Positions 28,837 to 38,430 of a DNA stretch of 64,000 nt are shown piece after piece. Origin of the DNA: an uncultured delta proteobacterium (GTDB lineage: Bacteria > Desulfobacterota > Desulfobaccia > Desulfobaccales > 0-14-0-80-60-11); NCBI GenBank assembly GCA_963812015.1, contig CAWETI010000002.1, positions 368,381-432,380 on the forward strand, in the 5' to 3' direction. Position 1 is the stretch's first letter, and the number at the start of each line of letters is the position of its first letter. The notes beneath the pieces are model-generated. The model made no database searches, was not told where the DNA came from, and saw only the letters and a program-made list of their open reading frames with translations. The translations under genes were made by a program, and so were the position numbers.

Positions 28837-30093
28837 CTAGTCGCCCACTTCCTCCCCAAACCACAGGGGCAGGCCATCGGCCACCACCAGGCCCTGGGCG
28901 GTGGCTCGGACCCGGCCCGCCTCTAGCCGTACCAGCCCCGCGTGGGTAAGCTCGGCAACGATGGCCTCTCCCTGGGGGTGGGCCCGGATGGTCTCGAGAC
29001 TGACCCCCGCTTGGGTCCGGAACCCCAGGTAGAGGGCCTCCAGCCAGAGTTGGGCCGGGGTGAGGCTTTCGGCCCCCGCCACCGGGACCCCACCCCCCTT
29101 CAGGGAGGCGCAATAGGCCTCCACGGACGAAACATTCCACCAGCGGCGCCCGCCCTGAAAGGAGTGGGCCGCCGGGCCCAGCCCCAGGTAAGGGACGTGG
29201 GTCCAGTACTTCAGGTTGTGGCGGCACCGATACTCTTGCCCCCGGGCGAAATTGGCGACTTCGTAGTGGAGATACCCTTGCGCTTTAAGGAATTGTCCGG
29301 TGAGCAGGAAAAACTCCCGCTGGGTTTCTTCGTCCGGAAGTAGCACCTGGCCCGCGGCCACCCTTTGCTCCAGGGGGGTGGCATCGGCCACGGTGAGCTG
29401 GTAACAGGAGAGGTGTTCGGGGTTGAAGCGTAAGGCCGTTTTCAGGGTGTTAATCCAGGCGTCGGGTCTCTGACCCGGCAGCCCGTAGATCAGGTCCAAC
29501 CCCAGGTTGGTGAACCCCGCGGCCCGGATCAGCTCTATGCCTGCCTCGGTCTGGCGGGCGGTGTGGCGGCGCTGCAGGAAGATAAGCTCCGCCTCGTCGA
29601 AGGACTGGACTCCGAGGCTCAGGCGGTTGATGCCCAGGTCTTGTAAGAGCGCTAGCTTGTCGGCGGTGAGGTCGTCCGGGTTGGCTTCGATGGTGACCTC
29701 GGAGTCCGGGGCAAAGGGGAAATGCCGCCGCAGGTTTTTCATCAGGTCGGCAAGGTGCGCCTCACCGAGCCACGAGGGGGTGCCGCCCCCCAGAAAGAGG
29801 GAGTCGAAGGCAGAGAATTGGTCCCGGTAGAGCCGGGCTTCGGCGTCCAGGGCCACCAGAAAATCCGGAATCTGGCTCGTCGCATTAATTGAGTAAAAAT
29901 CGCAGTAGGGGCACTTTGTTTTGCAGAAGGGAATGTGGATATAGAGGCCGGGCTGACTGGGGACAGGGGCGAGGGGTTTTTTCGTATGTGGCCCCTCCCC
30001 CAACCTCTGACAGGGGGTTGGGAGGGGTCTGAGGGGAGGGCGGGGGAGTTGCCCTCCCCCGGCCCTCCCCTCAAAAATATCAAAATCACTCAT
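28837..30093 (-). CDS. hemW: radical SAM haem chaperone HemW (HemN-like, oxygen-independent coproporphyrinogen oxidase family) with an unusual repeat-encoded N-terminal extension
   Basis: LYIHIPFCKTKCPYCDFYS radical-SAM CxxxCxxC, GGGTPS, HemN_C-like tail. The only canonical well-placed start is the ATG at 30093, overlapping the lepA stop by 8 nt. Confidence 0.85.
   Translation of the reverse strand: MSDFDIFEGRAGGGQLPRPPLRPLPTPCQRLGEGPHTKKPLAPVPSQPGLYIHIPFCKTKCPYCDFYSINATSQIPDFLVALDAEARLYRDQFSAFDSLFLGGGTPSWLGEAHLADLMKNLRRHFPFAPDSEVTIEANPDDLTADKLALLQDLGINRLSLGVQSFDEAELIFLQRRHTARQTEAGIELIRAAGFTNLGLDLIYGLPGQRPDAWINTLKTALRFNPEHLSCYQLTVADATPLEQRVAAGQVLLPDEETQREFFLLTGQFLKAQGYLHYEVANFARGQEYRCRHNLKYWTHVPYLGLGPAAHSFQGGRRWWNVSSVEAYCASLKGGGVPVAGAESLTPAQLWLEALYLGFRTQAGVSLETIRAHPQGEAIVAELTHAGLVRLEAGRVRATAQGLVVADGLPLWFGEEVGD
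29975..30064. repeat. G/C-rich imperfect palindromic repeat element (copy B), lying inside the hemW ORF
   Basis: ttttttcgtatgtggcccctcccccaacctctgacagggggttgggaggggtctgaggggagggcgggggagttgccctcccccggcc aligns with copy A at 12551-12664. Confidence 0.8.
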
Positions 30094-31882
30094 TTTCCGT
30101 CTTGAGCACCGCCACGAAGGCGCTCTGGGGGATTTGGACCGCGCCCACCATCTTCATGCGCTTCTTGCCGGCCCGCTGTTTTTCCAGGAGTTTGCGTTTC
30201 CGGGTGATGTCGCCGCCGTAGCACTTGGCGGTGACGTCCTTCCGGAAGGCCGAGATGGTGGAGCGGGAGATGATCTGGCCCCCCACGGCCCCCTGGATGG
30301 CGATCTTGAACTGCTGCCGGGGAATTTCGTCCTTGAGGCGGTCGCACACCCTGACCCCCCATTCCCGGACCCGGTCCCGGTGGACGATCATGGAAAGGGC
30401 GTCCAGCTTCTCGCCGTTCACCAGGATATCCAGCTTCAGCAGATTGGTCTCCCGGTAGTCCAGCAGTTCGTAATCGAAGGAGCCGTAGCCCTGGGTGATG
30501 GTCTTGAGGCGGTCGTAGAAGTCGATGATGACTTCGGCCAGGGGCATGTCGAAGTTGATCTCCACCCGGCCCGGGGAGGGGTAGTTGAAGCGGGAGTTGC
30601 TCCCCCGGCGCTCCAGGCAGAGCTTCATCATCGCGCCCACGAAGCGTTCGGGGATGAGGATGGAGGTCCGGATAAACGGCTCCTCCTCAAGCTTGATGCT
30701 GCTGGGGTCGGGGTAGTATAGGGGATTGTCTACGGTGATGACGTGGCCGTCCATGAGGGTGAAGCGGTACCGGACCCCGGGCACGGTCATAATGATGGAC
30801 TGGTTGTACTCCCGTTCCAGGCGCTCCTGGACGATCTCCAGGTGCAGCAGCCCCAGGAAGCCGCAGCGGAAGCCCTGGCCCAGGGCGGCGGAGGAGTCCT
30901 TCTGGTAGACCAGGGAGGCGTCGTTGAGCTTAAACTTTTCCAGGGCGTCGGCCAGGTCCTGGTAATCGTCGTTCCCCACCGGGTAGATGGAGGCGAAAAC
31001 TACGGGCTTCACTTCCTTGAAGCCGGGCAACGGCCCGGCCGCGGGATTGGCCTCCAGGGTGACGGTATCGCCGATGCGGGTGTCGCTCACCGTCTTGATG
31101 CCGGCGATGAGATAGCCCACCATGCCGGCGGAGAGCTCTTTCCGGGGCTCGCGGGTCAGCCGGAAGATGCCGGTCTCCTCCACCTTGTGGGTGGTCTTGT
31201 TATACATCAAGCGGATGATGTCCCCGGGCTTGACCGCGCCGTCGAAGACCCGGCAGGAGACCACGGTCCCCCGGAAGGAGTCGTAATGGGCGTCGAAGAT
31301 GAGGGCCGAAAGGGGTTGGGCCGGGCTGCCGGTGGGCGGCGGGATCCGGGTGACGATGGCCTCCAGGACCTCGTCGATGCCGATGCCTTCCTTGGCGGAA
31401 CACAGGATGACGTGGTCTGCATCCAGGCCCAGCTCCCGTTCGATCTGCTCCTTGACCCCCGGAATATCAGCGGCGGGCAGGTCGATCTTGTTGATCACCG
31501 GGATGATGGTGAGGTCGTGCTCCATGGCCAGATAGAGGTTGGCCACGGTCTGGGCCTCCACCCCCTGGGAGGCGTCCACCAACAGCAGCACCCCCTCGCA
31601 GGAAGCCAGGGCCCGGGAGACCTCGTAGGAGAAATCCACGTGGCCCGGGGTGTCGATGAGGTTGAGTTCGTATTCGACGCCGTCGGCGGCGGTGTAGGGC
31701 AGGGAAATGGTGTTGCTCTTGATGGTGATGCCCCGCTCCCGTTCCAGGTCCATGGTGTCCAGGATCTGGTCCCGAAACTGGCGGTCCTCCACCATGCCGG
31801 TCCACTGGATGAGGCGGTCCGCCAGGGTGGACTTGCCGTGGTCGATATGGGCGATGATGCTAAAATTGCGGATGTTGGACAT
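30086..31882 (-). CDS. lepA: translation elongation factor 4
   Basis: MSNIRNFSIIAHIDHGKSTLADR G1 motif, DTPGHVDF, NKIDL. 598 aa with LepA-specific C-terminus. Confidence 0.97.
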   Translation of the reverse strand: MSNIRNFSIIAHIDHGKSTLADRLIQWTGMVEDRQFRDQILDTMDLERERGITIKSNTISLPYTAADGVEYELNLIDTPGHVDFSYEVSRALASCEGVLLLVDASQGVEAQTVANLYLAMEHDLTIIPVINKIDLPAADIPGVKEQIERELGLDADHVILCSAKEGIGIDEVLEAIVTRIPPPTGSPAQPLSALIFDAHYDSFRGTVVSCRVFDGAVKPGDIIRLMYNKTTHKVEETGIFRLTREPRKELSAGMVGYLIAGIKTVSDTRIGDTVTLEANPAAGPLPGFKEVKPVVFASIYPVGNDDYQDLADALEKFKLNDASLVYQKDSSAALGQGFRCGFLGLLHLEIVQERLEREYNQSIIMTVPGVRYRFTLMDGHVITVDNPLYYPDPSSIKLEEEPFIRTSILIPERFVGAMMKLCLERRGSNSRFNYPSPGRVEINFDMPLAEVIIDFYDRLKTITQGYGSFDYELLDYRETNLLKLDILVNGEKLDALSMIVHRDRVREWGVRVCDRLKDEIPRQQFKIAIQGAVGGQIISRSTISAFRKDVTAKCYGGDITRKRKLLEKQRAGKKRMKMVGAVQIPQSAFVAVLKTENE

Positions 31883-31936
31883 AAATTTTTTTAGAACATT
31901 GGTTTCTCAAGGATATAGCTTCAATGGTAATTTTTT

Positions 31937-31965
31937 ATTATACTACGACTGCTTCCTGGCGTCTA
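31937..31965 (-). promoter_or_regulatory. candidate sigma-70 promoter of lepA-hemW
   Basis: Minus strand: TAGACG - 17 nt - TATAAT, about 55 nt upstream of the lepA ATG. Confidence 0.35.
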
Positions 31966-32113
31966 CCTTTAGATTGCCGCGGCTCACCGGCAGCCCCGGT
32001 TAGAGGATCGGGTTATGGACTTCTCCCGCCTGAGTATGGCGCCGGTAAGGGCGGATAGGCGGGGTTGCCCCTAAAGCTATGGTCGGAAGGGGCGAAGCTC
32101 GGCCCCAGGCGCA

Positions 32114-32142
32114 TTGACACCGGGGCCGGGCCAGAGTATAAA
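32114..32142 (+). promoter_or_regulatory. candidate sigma-70 promoter
   Basis: TTGACA - 17 nt - TATAAA, 45 nt upstream of the 32187 ORF. Confidence 0.5.
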
Positions 32143-32186
32143 GAAATGAAGGGGTTATCTTGCTGAAGGGGTGAAACGGAGGGCTC

Positions 32187-32531
32187 ATGTTCAAGGATCT
32201 GCTCAAACGGTCGGTTACCGGGATTTTGGTGGGGGCCGGGGTGGTGCTCCTGGCGCCCATCGTGCTGCCGGCGGCGGCCCGGGCTGCCCGCCCCCTGGCG
32301 AAAGCCGCCCTCCACGGTTATTTTGACCTGATGGACTGGCTGAAGTCCCTGACGGCGGACGACGAGAAAAAAATCACCCCCGTGGTGGGTCATCTGCTGA
32401 CCGCCGGAGTGGAGGAAGTCGCGACCGCCGGGGTTGAGGAGGCCGTGGCCGCCGCCAGTGAGGGGGCGGTGGAAGAAGGGGTGACCGAAGCCATCGTGGC
32501 GGGCGTGACCAGCGCCCTGGAAGGGGTGTAA
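32187..32531 (+). CDS. small membrane-anchored protein, DUF5132-like, with acidic AGVEE-type C-terminal repeats
   Basis: N-terminal pattern MFKDLLK..VTGILVGAGVVLLAP...P.A+..A+A.L resembles DUF5132. The C-terminus repeats AGVEEV/AGVEEA/GAVEEG. Confidence 0.5.
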   Translation: MFKDLLKRSVTGILVGAGVVLLAPIVLPAAARAARPLAKAALHGYFDLMDWLKSLTADDEKKITPVVGHLLTAGVEEVATAGVEEAVAAASEGAVEEGVTEAIVAGVTSALEGV

Positions 32532-32638
32532 TTCCGGGGGCAGGGCCGGGAGCGGTTACGCTTTTTCTTGATTTCCTTGGGGGGATGCCCCGCCCTCAAA
32601 CCTAACCGGCCGCCCCGCCCCTAGCCGGGGCCGGAGGC

Positions 32639-33184
32639 TCACCGGGGCGGCGGGGCCGGTTGCCGCTCCTGGGGTTCGTCGGTCCGCTCGAGACCTTCCA
32701 AAATGGCGCTCACAAACTTGTGGGCGTACGCCACGTAGTCGCCTTCCACCACGTAGCTATACCTGATGTAACTTTCGGGGAAATTCACCCGGACATTCTT
32801 GATGATGAGATAGATGTTGGGGTTGATGCCGCTCCGGCCGGGGTACTGGTAGTAGAGGTTGGGGACCTGGCGGGCGATGATGACCAGGCCGCTTTCATCC
32901 AGGATGGTCAGCTTCGGGTAAATCTTGATCCCGGGGTCAGGTGCTTCGATGACCGCGCCTTTGGCAATAAGGCCGCACTTGTCCCGGTTGAGCTTTTGGA
33001 GGGTGGCGTCGATCTTGGCCAGGATCTTCTCTTTTTCCGGGATGGGGATCTTCTGGTACTGATAAAAATAGCTGGTGGGGAAATTTTTGGCCTTGACCGA
33101 GGCTTCTTCGGCCCGGAGGGGGATGACCCCAAAGATGAGGCCTGGAAAGAGGAGCGCCAGGGAGAGTAGGATTCTTATGGGCAT
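32639..33184 (-). CDS. secreted hypothetical protein
   Basis: Signal peptide MPIRILLSLALLFPGLIFGVIPLRAEE, balanced composition, 22 nt downstream of the DUF4389 gene. Confidence 0.55.
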   Translation of the reverse strand: MPIRILLSLALLFPGLIFGVIPLRAEEASVKAKNFPTSYFYQYQKIPIPEKEKILAKIDATLQKLNRDKCGLIAKGAVIEAPDPGIKIYPKLTILDESGLVIIARQVPNLYYQYPGRSGINPNIYLIIKNVRVNFPESYIRYSYVVEGDYVAYAHKFVSAILEGLERTDEPQERQPAPPPR

Positions 33185-33206
33185 GGGGGCGGCTTGGGGC
33201 CGGGCT

Positions 33207-33515
33207 TTACTCAAACCTGACCGCCTCGTCGGGGAGTTCGATCTCGGCGGGGAACTCGGAGAATGGAAAGGGACGCTGGTTTTCATTGAGGGTCAGGTAG
33301 CGCATGAGCCGGTAGCCATAGGTGGCCACCTGGTTGGCGAAGGTTCTGGCGGCCTCATTGTGCCGCAACGTGACCAACAGGAAGAAATATTCAAACACGG
33401 TGATCAGCAGGATGATGGTTTTTACCACCTCAAAGATGGCCACATAGAGGAGAGTGTAGAGCAAACGAATCGCCACCTGTTTGCGGGACGGGATAATCTG
33501 GATGTCGTCGGGCAT
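33207..33515 (-). CDS. DUF4389-like small membrane protein
   Basis: QVAIRLLYTLLYVAIFEVVKTIILLITVFEYFFLL.T...N......F.NQV..Y.YR...YL pattern typical of DUF4389. ATG at 33515. Confidence 0.55.
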   Translation of the reverse strand: MPDDIQIIPSRKQVAIRLLYTLLYVAIFEVVKTIILLITVFEYFFLLVTLRHNEAARTFANQVATYGYRLMRYLTLNENQRPFPFSEFPAEIELPDEAVRFE

Positions 33516-33780
33516 GGCTCCTCCGGCGCTGACGTTACGCCATGGTAATGGTGAGCACTGGGCTCCGCAAAGTATTTTTTTAGTATATGAACGGACCCCT
33601 GGTTTGGCAAGGCCATAGCCGGGGCCGATGCCCGGTCGCCCCGGGTGCGCAGGTCTTGGGGGCAGCAAGGGGAAATCTTTGGCGTCCCGGGGTTAATTAT
33701 GGTATTTCTGAGCCGGATGGGAAGCGCATCCCCGGGGTTCCTTGCGGAACCTGAGGCACTAAGCGGAGGTATCGGTAAAA

Positions 33781-34155
33781 GTGCATGAATATTCACTCAT
33801 GGAGCAGGTGATCGCCCATATCCTGGCAGAACTCAAAAAGCAGGAAGGCCCGCCCCCCGGCAGCTCACTGGAGGTGGCCCTGAAAGTGGGGGCCCTGGCG
33901 GTGCACTCCGAGGCCGCCACCCGGCAGGCCTACCAGGTTTTGGTCAAAGGGACGCCCCTGGAGAATTCCCGGCTGGACCTGAGGATTGAACCGGTGACCT
34001 TGACCTGCGCAAGCTGCAGCTACCAGGGACCTTTGCCGATGGACGCCGTCGATCCCCACGACCAGTCCCCCCTGGTGGAGTGCCCCCGGTGTGGGGCCGT
34101 GTGCCCGGTGCAGGGAGGCCGCGGGGTGGAGTCCATCGAACTCAGGTGGGAATAA
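33781..34155 (+). CDS. hypA: hydrogenase nickel-insertion protein HypA
   Basis: MHEYSLMEQV N-terminus (MHE nickel site) and the zinc motifs CASC...CPRCG. GTG start. Confidence 0.85.
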   Translation: MHEYSLMEQVIAHILAELKKQEGPPPGSSLEVALKVGALAVHSEAATRQAYQVLVKGTPLENSRLDLRIEPVTLTCASCSYQGPLPMDAVDPHDQSPLVECPRCGAVCPVQGGRGVESIELRWE

Positions 34156-34274
34156 GGCCTTAAGGCTGGAAGGCGCCCGCCGACCCTCTCCCCTCTATCA
34201 AGGGCCGGGGTTGAGAGGCCAGCCGAGGTTGCCCGGGCCAAGAGAGGGCGGCCCCGAAAGACCGCGGCGACGGC

Positions 34275-34775
34275 TCAACCCGATCCCTCCTCCCGGATGG
34301 CCGCCAGGAGGCGCTCACAGGCGGGGTCGATGGCGCTCAGCATGGCCGCAGACAAACCCGGCTTCACCTCGTCGGGGATGGCCTCAACCTGGGCCACAAG
34401 GATCTTGATGTCGATCCGGCTGTGCTCCTTGAGCTCCTGGAGCATATTGACCGTGGGAAATTGGTGCAGGGAAAAGTCGGAGGTCTTTTTGTCCGGGATG
34501 CCTTCCACCGGGATTTCGAAGACCTCACCCGGCTTCCGGTCAGGATATTCCACCGCGTCGACGATGAAAATCTTCTTGGGCTTCTTTTCACTCAAAACCA
34601 GGTCGAAAAGAATATCCCGGATGCTGGTCCCCACATCCATCGCCAGGACGTCGTCTGACAGGTGGTAGCGTTCTTGCAAAGCCTGAATGACGGCGGGCCC
34701 AAACCCGTCATCGCCCCACAGGATGTTGCCGCAGCCAAAGATCAAGACAGGTTTCTCGAACAATTCTGATAGCAT
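34275..34775 (-). CDS. second hydrogenase maturation endopeptidase (FrhD/HyaD family)
   Basis: VLIFGCGNILWGDDGFGPAVIQAL... and the HQF motif typical of the family. Confidence 0.8.
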   Translation of the reverse strand: MLSELFEKPVLIFGCGNILWGDDGFGPAVIQALQERYHLSDDVLAMDVGTSIRDILFDLVLSEKKPKKIFIVDAVEYPDRKPGEVFEIPVEGIPDKKTSDFSLHQFPTVNMLQELKEHSRIDIKILVAQVEAIPDEVKPGLSAAMLSAIDPACERLLAAIREEGSG

Positions 34776-34862
34776 AAATTTTTACACTCCTGGGCCAAGC
34801 CCACCGCTAGAGGCCGTGATCCTCACGGTGGCGTGGGGGACCCTTAAGGATTAAGGATTATT

Positions 34863-35405
34863 TTACCGATTTGACCAGCCGAGAGTCTTATACTTGATGG
34901 CCACGGCTTGCGTGTTTGCAGATGGGGCCAAGCCGGGGAGCCCTGGATTCAGCCCCGGCTGACAGATGATGATGGCATCGGCGCCAATCTCCCGGGCTTT
35001 ACTCTGCAAGCCTGCCATCACCGCGTCCGGGGTGGCGTTCGCCCCAGATGCACATTCCAGCACCGCAAAGGATTTATAGGGCACAGCGGGCGGTTGCTTC
35101 AGGACATCCACCTTGAGGGTGGGTGGATATTGAACGCCGGCCAAATGGGCATAGGCGGACAGGTCGGCGGAACCGGGGGAGAGACAGAGGGCGCCTAACA
35201 TATCCGCTTCGTGGCCAGCCACAAAAAAAGTTTTAACCTCTGGGGCTGGAGACTTCAAACTGTATTCGGCACACCCGGAGAAAACCATGCCGGCCGTGGC
35301 CAGGAACAAAAAAAGCCTCAGGGCATACGCGAGGTCAGGGGAGAAATTTTTCGGTGAGGCCCAATTCATAAACGCGGCTTGAGAAGCATCCTTCCGGCTC
35401 GACAT
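34863..35405 (-). CDS. hypothetical lipoprotein
   Basis: Lipobox MVFSGC. Start uncertain (35405 or 35369). No recognisable family. Confidence 0.45.
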   Translation of the reverse strand: MSSRKDASQAAFMNWASPKNFSPDLAYALRLFLFLATAGMVFSGCAEYSLKSPAPEVKTFFVAGHEADMLGALCLSPGSADLSAYAHLAGVQYPPTLKVDVLKQPPAVPYKSFAVLECASGANATPDAVMAGLQSKAREIGADAIIICQPGLNPGLPGLAPSANTQAVAIKYKTLGWSNR

Positions 35406-35506
35406 GACGCCCTTGATAATAGTACAGCAAGGCGAGAAAGGGAAATGGAAACTTTTTGCGGCCAAGAGTTTCAGGATAGGAGAACCGCGGCCAACGTCCC
35501 GGTGGC

Positions 35507-36244
35507 TTAGAAGCATGGTTCCCCTTGGATGATTTTCTCAGGTATGTCGTGGACCATGGCCCGGGCGCGTTTTTCTCCCACCAGTCGGGTTAATTCAATG
35601 AGCGCCGGGCTCAGCACGGGGGGGCGATTCCTAAGGTTGTGGGTATCCGTGGCCAAGAGGTGAATGTACCCCAACTTGACCAATTGTCGAGCCAGCTTTT
35701 TGACGCCGCGGCCAAACCAACCGGTTAAGCTGTTGCCGGTCATTTGGGCCAGGCAGCCCAGGTCAATCAAACGTTTGAGCTTATGGGGCATCTGTTGAAT
35801 AATCATGTGCCGCTCAGGATGGGTAAGGATGGGAGTTATGCCCTTGGATAGCAACCGAAAACAGATTTCCTCCGTCGCCGGGGGTAGGGAGGTGTCAGGC
35901 AACTCCAAGAGGAGATAGCGGTTGGCGTCATTAATGGTTAACACCTGGCCGTTTTCTAAAAGCTGCAGTGATTCGAAACCCAGGGGAAAATCACAACCCG
36001 GGATGATTTCCAAAGGGATTTTTTCTTCCAACAACTTTTGTCTCAATTCATCAATATGCTGGAGGATCATTTTTTTATGGTTAATCTGTTTCAGATCGAT
36101 ACTTCTCGTTTTAAAGAGGTGGGGAGTGGCCACCATGGTCTTGATGCCATCCTCCATCGCCAGGCGCGCCATTTGCAGGGATTGTTTCCAGGTTTTGGCC
36201 CCGTCGTCCAAACCAGGCAGGATATGGGCATGAATATCAATCAT
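35507..36244 (-). CDS. PHP-domain protein-tyrosine phosphatase (CpsB/CapC/YwqE family)
   Basis: MIDIHAHILPGLDDGAKT...ATPH...THPER...ATDTHN metal-ligand motifs of CpsB-type phosphatases. Confidence 0.8.
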   Translation of the reverse strand: MIDIHAHILPGLDDGAKTWKQSLQMARLAMEDGIKTMVATPHLFKTRSIDLKQINHKKMILQHIDELRQKLLEEKIPLEIIPGCDFPLGFESLQLLENGQVLTINDANRYLLLELPDTSLPPATEEICFRLLSKGITPILTHPERHMIIQQMPHKLKRLIDLGCLAQMTGNSLTGWFGRGVKKLARQLVKLGYIHLLATDTHNLRNRPPVLSPALIELTRLVGEKRARAMVHDIPEKIIQGEPCF

Positions 36245-36312
36245 GGTCAGTAGGTTCCGTTCACGATCAAGGCGATTGGCAGGCTGTTGAAAAACCACAA
36301 TTTCCCCAGTTT

Positions 36313-36382
36313 GTCATTCTGACCGAAGGGAAGAATCTCGTATTTTCAGGTAGATGAGATCCTGCGCGGCGCTCAGGATGAC
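36313..36382. repeat. GTCATTCTGA..GAAGAATCTC / GAGATCC..CTCAGGATGAC inverted-repeat element
   Basis: The arms are mutually complementary (imperfectly). Homologous copy at 38431-38500 and a degenerate copy at 3489-3554. Confidence 0.75.
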
Positions 36383-37004
36383 AAAAAAGCCGATTTTTCA
36401 ACCGCCTGTTAGCGGCATTCCTTGCCATTATCCATGGCGGCTTTGAGGTCCGGGCGGGGTGGCCCCTGCAAGGGATCTCCTCCATGGCGTTCCTGAAAGA
36501 CCCCCCGGGTAGTTTCTTTGCGGAATAATATCAGGTTTTGCTGGGAAAGGGTATTTCCAGGGAGTTTTCGGTTTCCGTGACAGCCCGGGAAGCCGTTGAG
36601 CAGAAATCTAAATTCTGGAGCGGGCATCATCGGTTTGGCCCCTGATAAAATATCCTGGCCTGGGGAGAAAATCAACTCCCAACGGGCCAAGGCAGCGCAG
36701 CTCAACCCCCGGCGGCGTTGCCCGGGCCTACCCAGTAATGGTGATGAGGTCCAGGCCCGGCGCCACCTGGTCCTGAGGGGGATTGTTCTGCTGCACGTTT
36801 GAGATTGATGCGCAAATGCTTAAAAAAACCATTTGGCCTAATCTCGCTCTCATGGTCAAGAGTAGAACCCAACTCGACTAACGTGATCTCATTGAACAAA
36901 AAAATATCAAAAATAATAGACAATAAGGGAGGAGACAATAAAAAAGAGTTGATTTTTTATGAAAATGCTATTTAAATCGGTCAACTTAGTTTGGCGAGTC
37001 CGAT

Positions 37005-38324
37005 ATGCTGCGCTTCTTGGTAATGTCATTGATGTGTAGCCCCGGTAAAGTATCCGGGCATGGGAATAGTGCTATGTTGATATTAGTGCTCGCACTGTCG
37101 ATTTTGTATTGGTGCACTTCCCCGGCCTGGGGGTCCGGTTTTGCCCTGATGCAGCAGGGGACGGCGGCCATGGGGCAAGCTAACGCCTTCGTGGCCGATG
37201 CCAGCGACGCCTCGGCCATCTTTTATAACCCCGCCGGCCTCAATCAGCTCAAACGGGCCCAAGTTTATCAGGGAGTTTTTTTAAATTATCCCAATCGGGA
37301 ATATAGTAGCGACGGCCAGGACTCGCAAACCTATCACCGTATATACAAGAGCCTGACGGCCTATATCGCCATTCCCTTGCATGATCGGGTAGCCGTGGGC
37401 ATCGGCTTTTTTTCGCCTTTCGGGATGGGAACGGCTTGGCCGCCAGGCTGGGCCGGACGCTATCTCACCACCTATTCCAGTATGCAAACCTACACTCTCA
37501 ATCCGGCGATCTCCGTCAAACTTCTGGAAAACCTCTCGGTGGCGGCGGGGTTCGATGCCATGTGGTCCAAAGTGGACCTCAAGCGCAAGACCCCCGTGAC
37601 TTTCCGGGGTACGAGCCTCCCGGATGGCGAAATCGACCTGAGCGGCGATGGCCATGGGGTGGGCTACAACTTCGGGCTCCTTTACGAAGCGGTGACTGGG
37701 GTTAAACTGGGGGCTTCTTACCGCAGTCAAATCAAAGTGGATCACTCGGGTGACTTGACCACCACTCTGCCGGCGCCGCTACCGTATTCCCCCAGCACCA
37801 CGGGTTCGGCCACCATTGTCTATCCCGCGTCGTTGACCACGGGCGCCTCCTACAGCCGGTTCAAACCCTTCACGTTCGAGTTTGATACTACCTGGACGAA
37901 CTGGTCCTCGTATAAGGCGCTGAAGGTCAATTTAGACGCCCCGCTTTTGGTCAACGGGGTCCTGAACTCAACCATCACCACCCCCAAGAGCTGGCATGAT
38001 AGTTGGGCCTTCCGCTTCGGGGGCAATTATGAAATCAAGGAAGGGCTGAAGATCCGGGCCGGATATATCTATGACCTTACCCCGGTGCCGAATTCCAGCT
38101 TTGACCCCCAGGTGCCCGACGCTAACCGTCACGTCTTTACGGTGGGCGGAGACATTAAGATCATGCGATTTACCCTGGGCATCGCCTACAATTACGTTTT
38201 GTGCGAAAGCCGCATCAAAAACAACACCATTCCGGTCAACGGGGTTGCGTCCCCCTTCCAAGCCAACGGGCGCTATAACAGCGATACCCAATCCCTCGGA
38301 CTGAGCTGGTCGTTTCAATTTTAG
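37005..38324 (+). CDS. OmpP1/FadL/TodX-family outer-membrane hydrophobic-compound transporter
   Basis: GSGFALMQQGTAAMGQANAFVADASDASAIFYNPAGL is the family N-terminal hatch motif. C-terminal ...LGLSWSFQF. Start may be 37074. Confidence 0.85.
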   Translation: MLRFLVMSLMCSPGKVSGHGNSAMLILVLALSILYWCTSPAWGSGFALMQQGTAAMGQANAFVADASDASAIFYNPAGLNQLKRAQVYQGVFLNYPNREYSSDGQDSQTYHRIYKSLTAYIAIPLHDRVAVGIGFFSPFGMGTAWPPGWAGRYLTTYSSMQTYTLNPAISVKLLENLSVAAGFDAMWSKVDLKRKTPVTFRGTSLPDGEIDLSGDGHGVGYNFGLLYEAVTGVKLGASYRSQIKVDHSGDLTTTLPAPLPYSPSTTGSATIVYPASLTTGASYSRFKPFTFEFDTTWTNWSSYKALKVNLDAPLLVNGVLNSTITTPKSWHDSWAFRFGGNYEIKEGLKIRAGYIYDLTPVPNSSFDPQVPDANRHVFTVGGDIKIMRFTLGIAYNYVLCESRIKNNTIPVNGVASPFQANGRYNSDTQSLGLSWSFQF

Positions 38325-38430
38325 CGGCTGATTACGGCAGGGATTGAGAGGGGGGAAGGTCAAGCTTCCCGCTCGTCTTCGGTTTCCCCAAAACTTTACC
38401 AGCTAGGGCAAAACCTCGCATCGCAGCATG

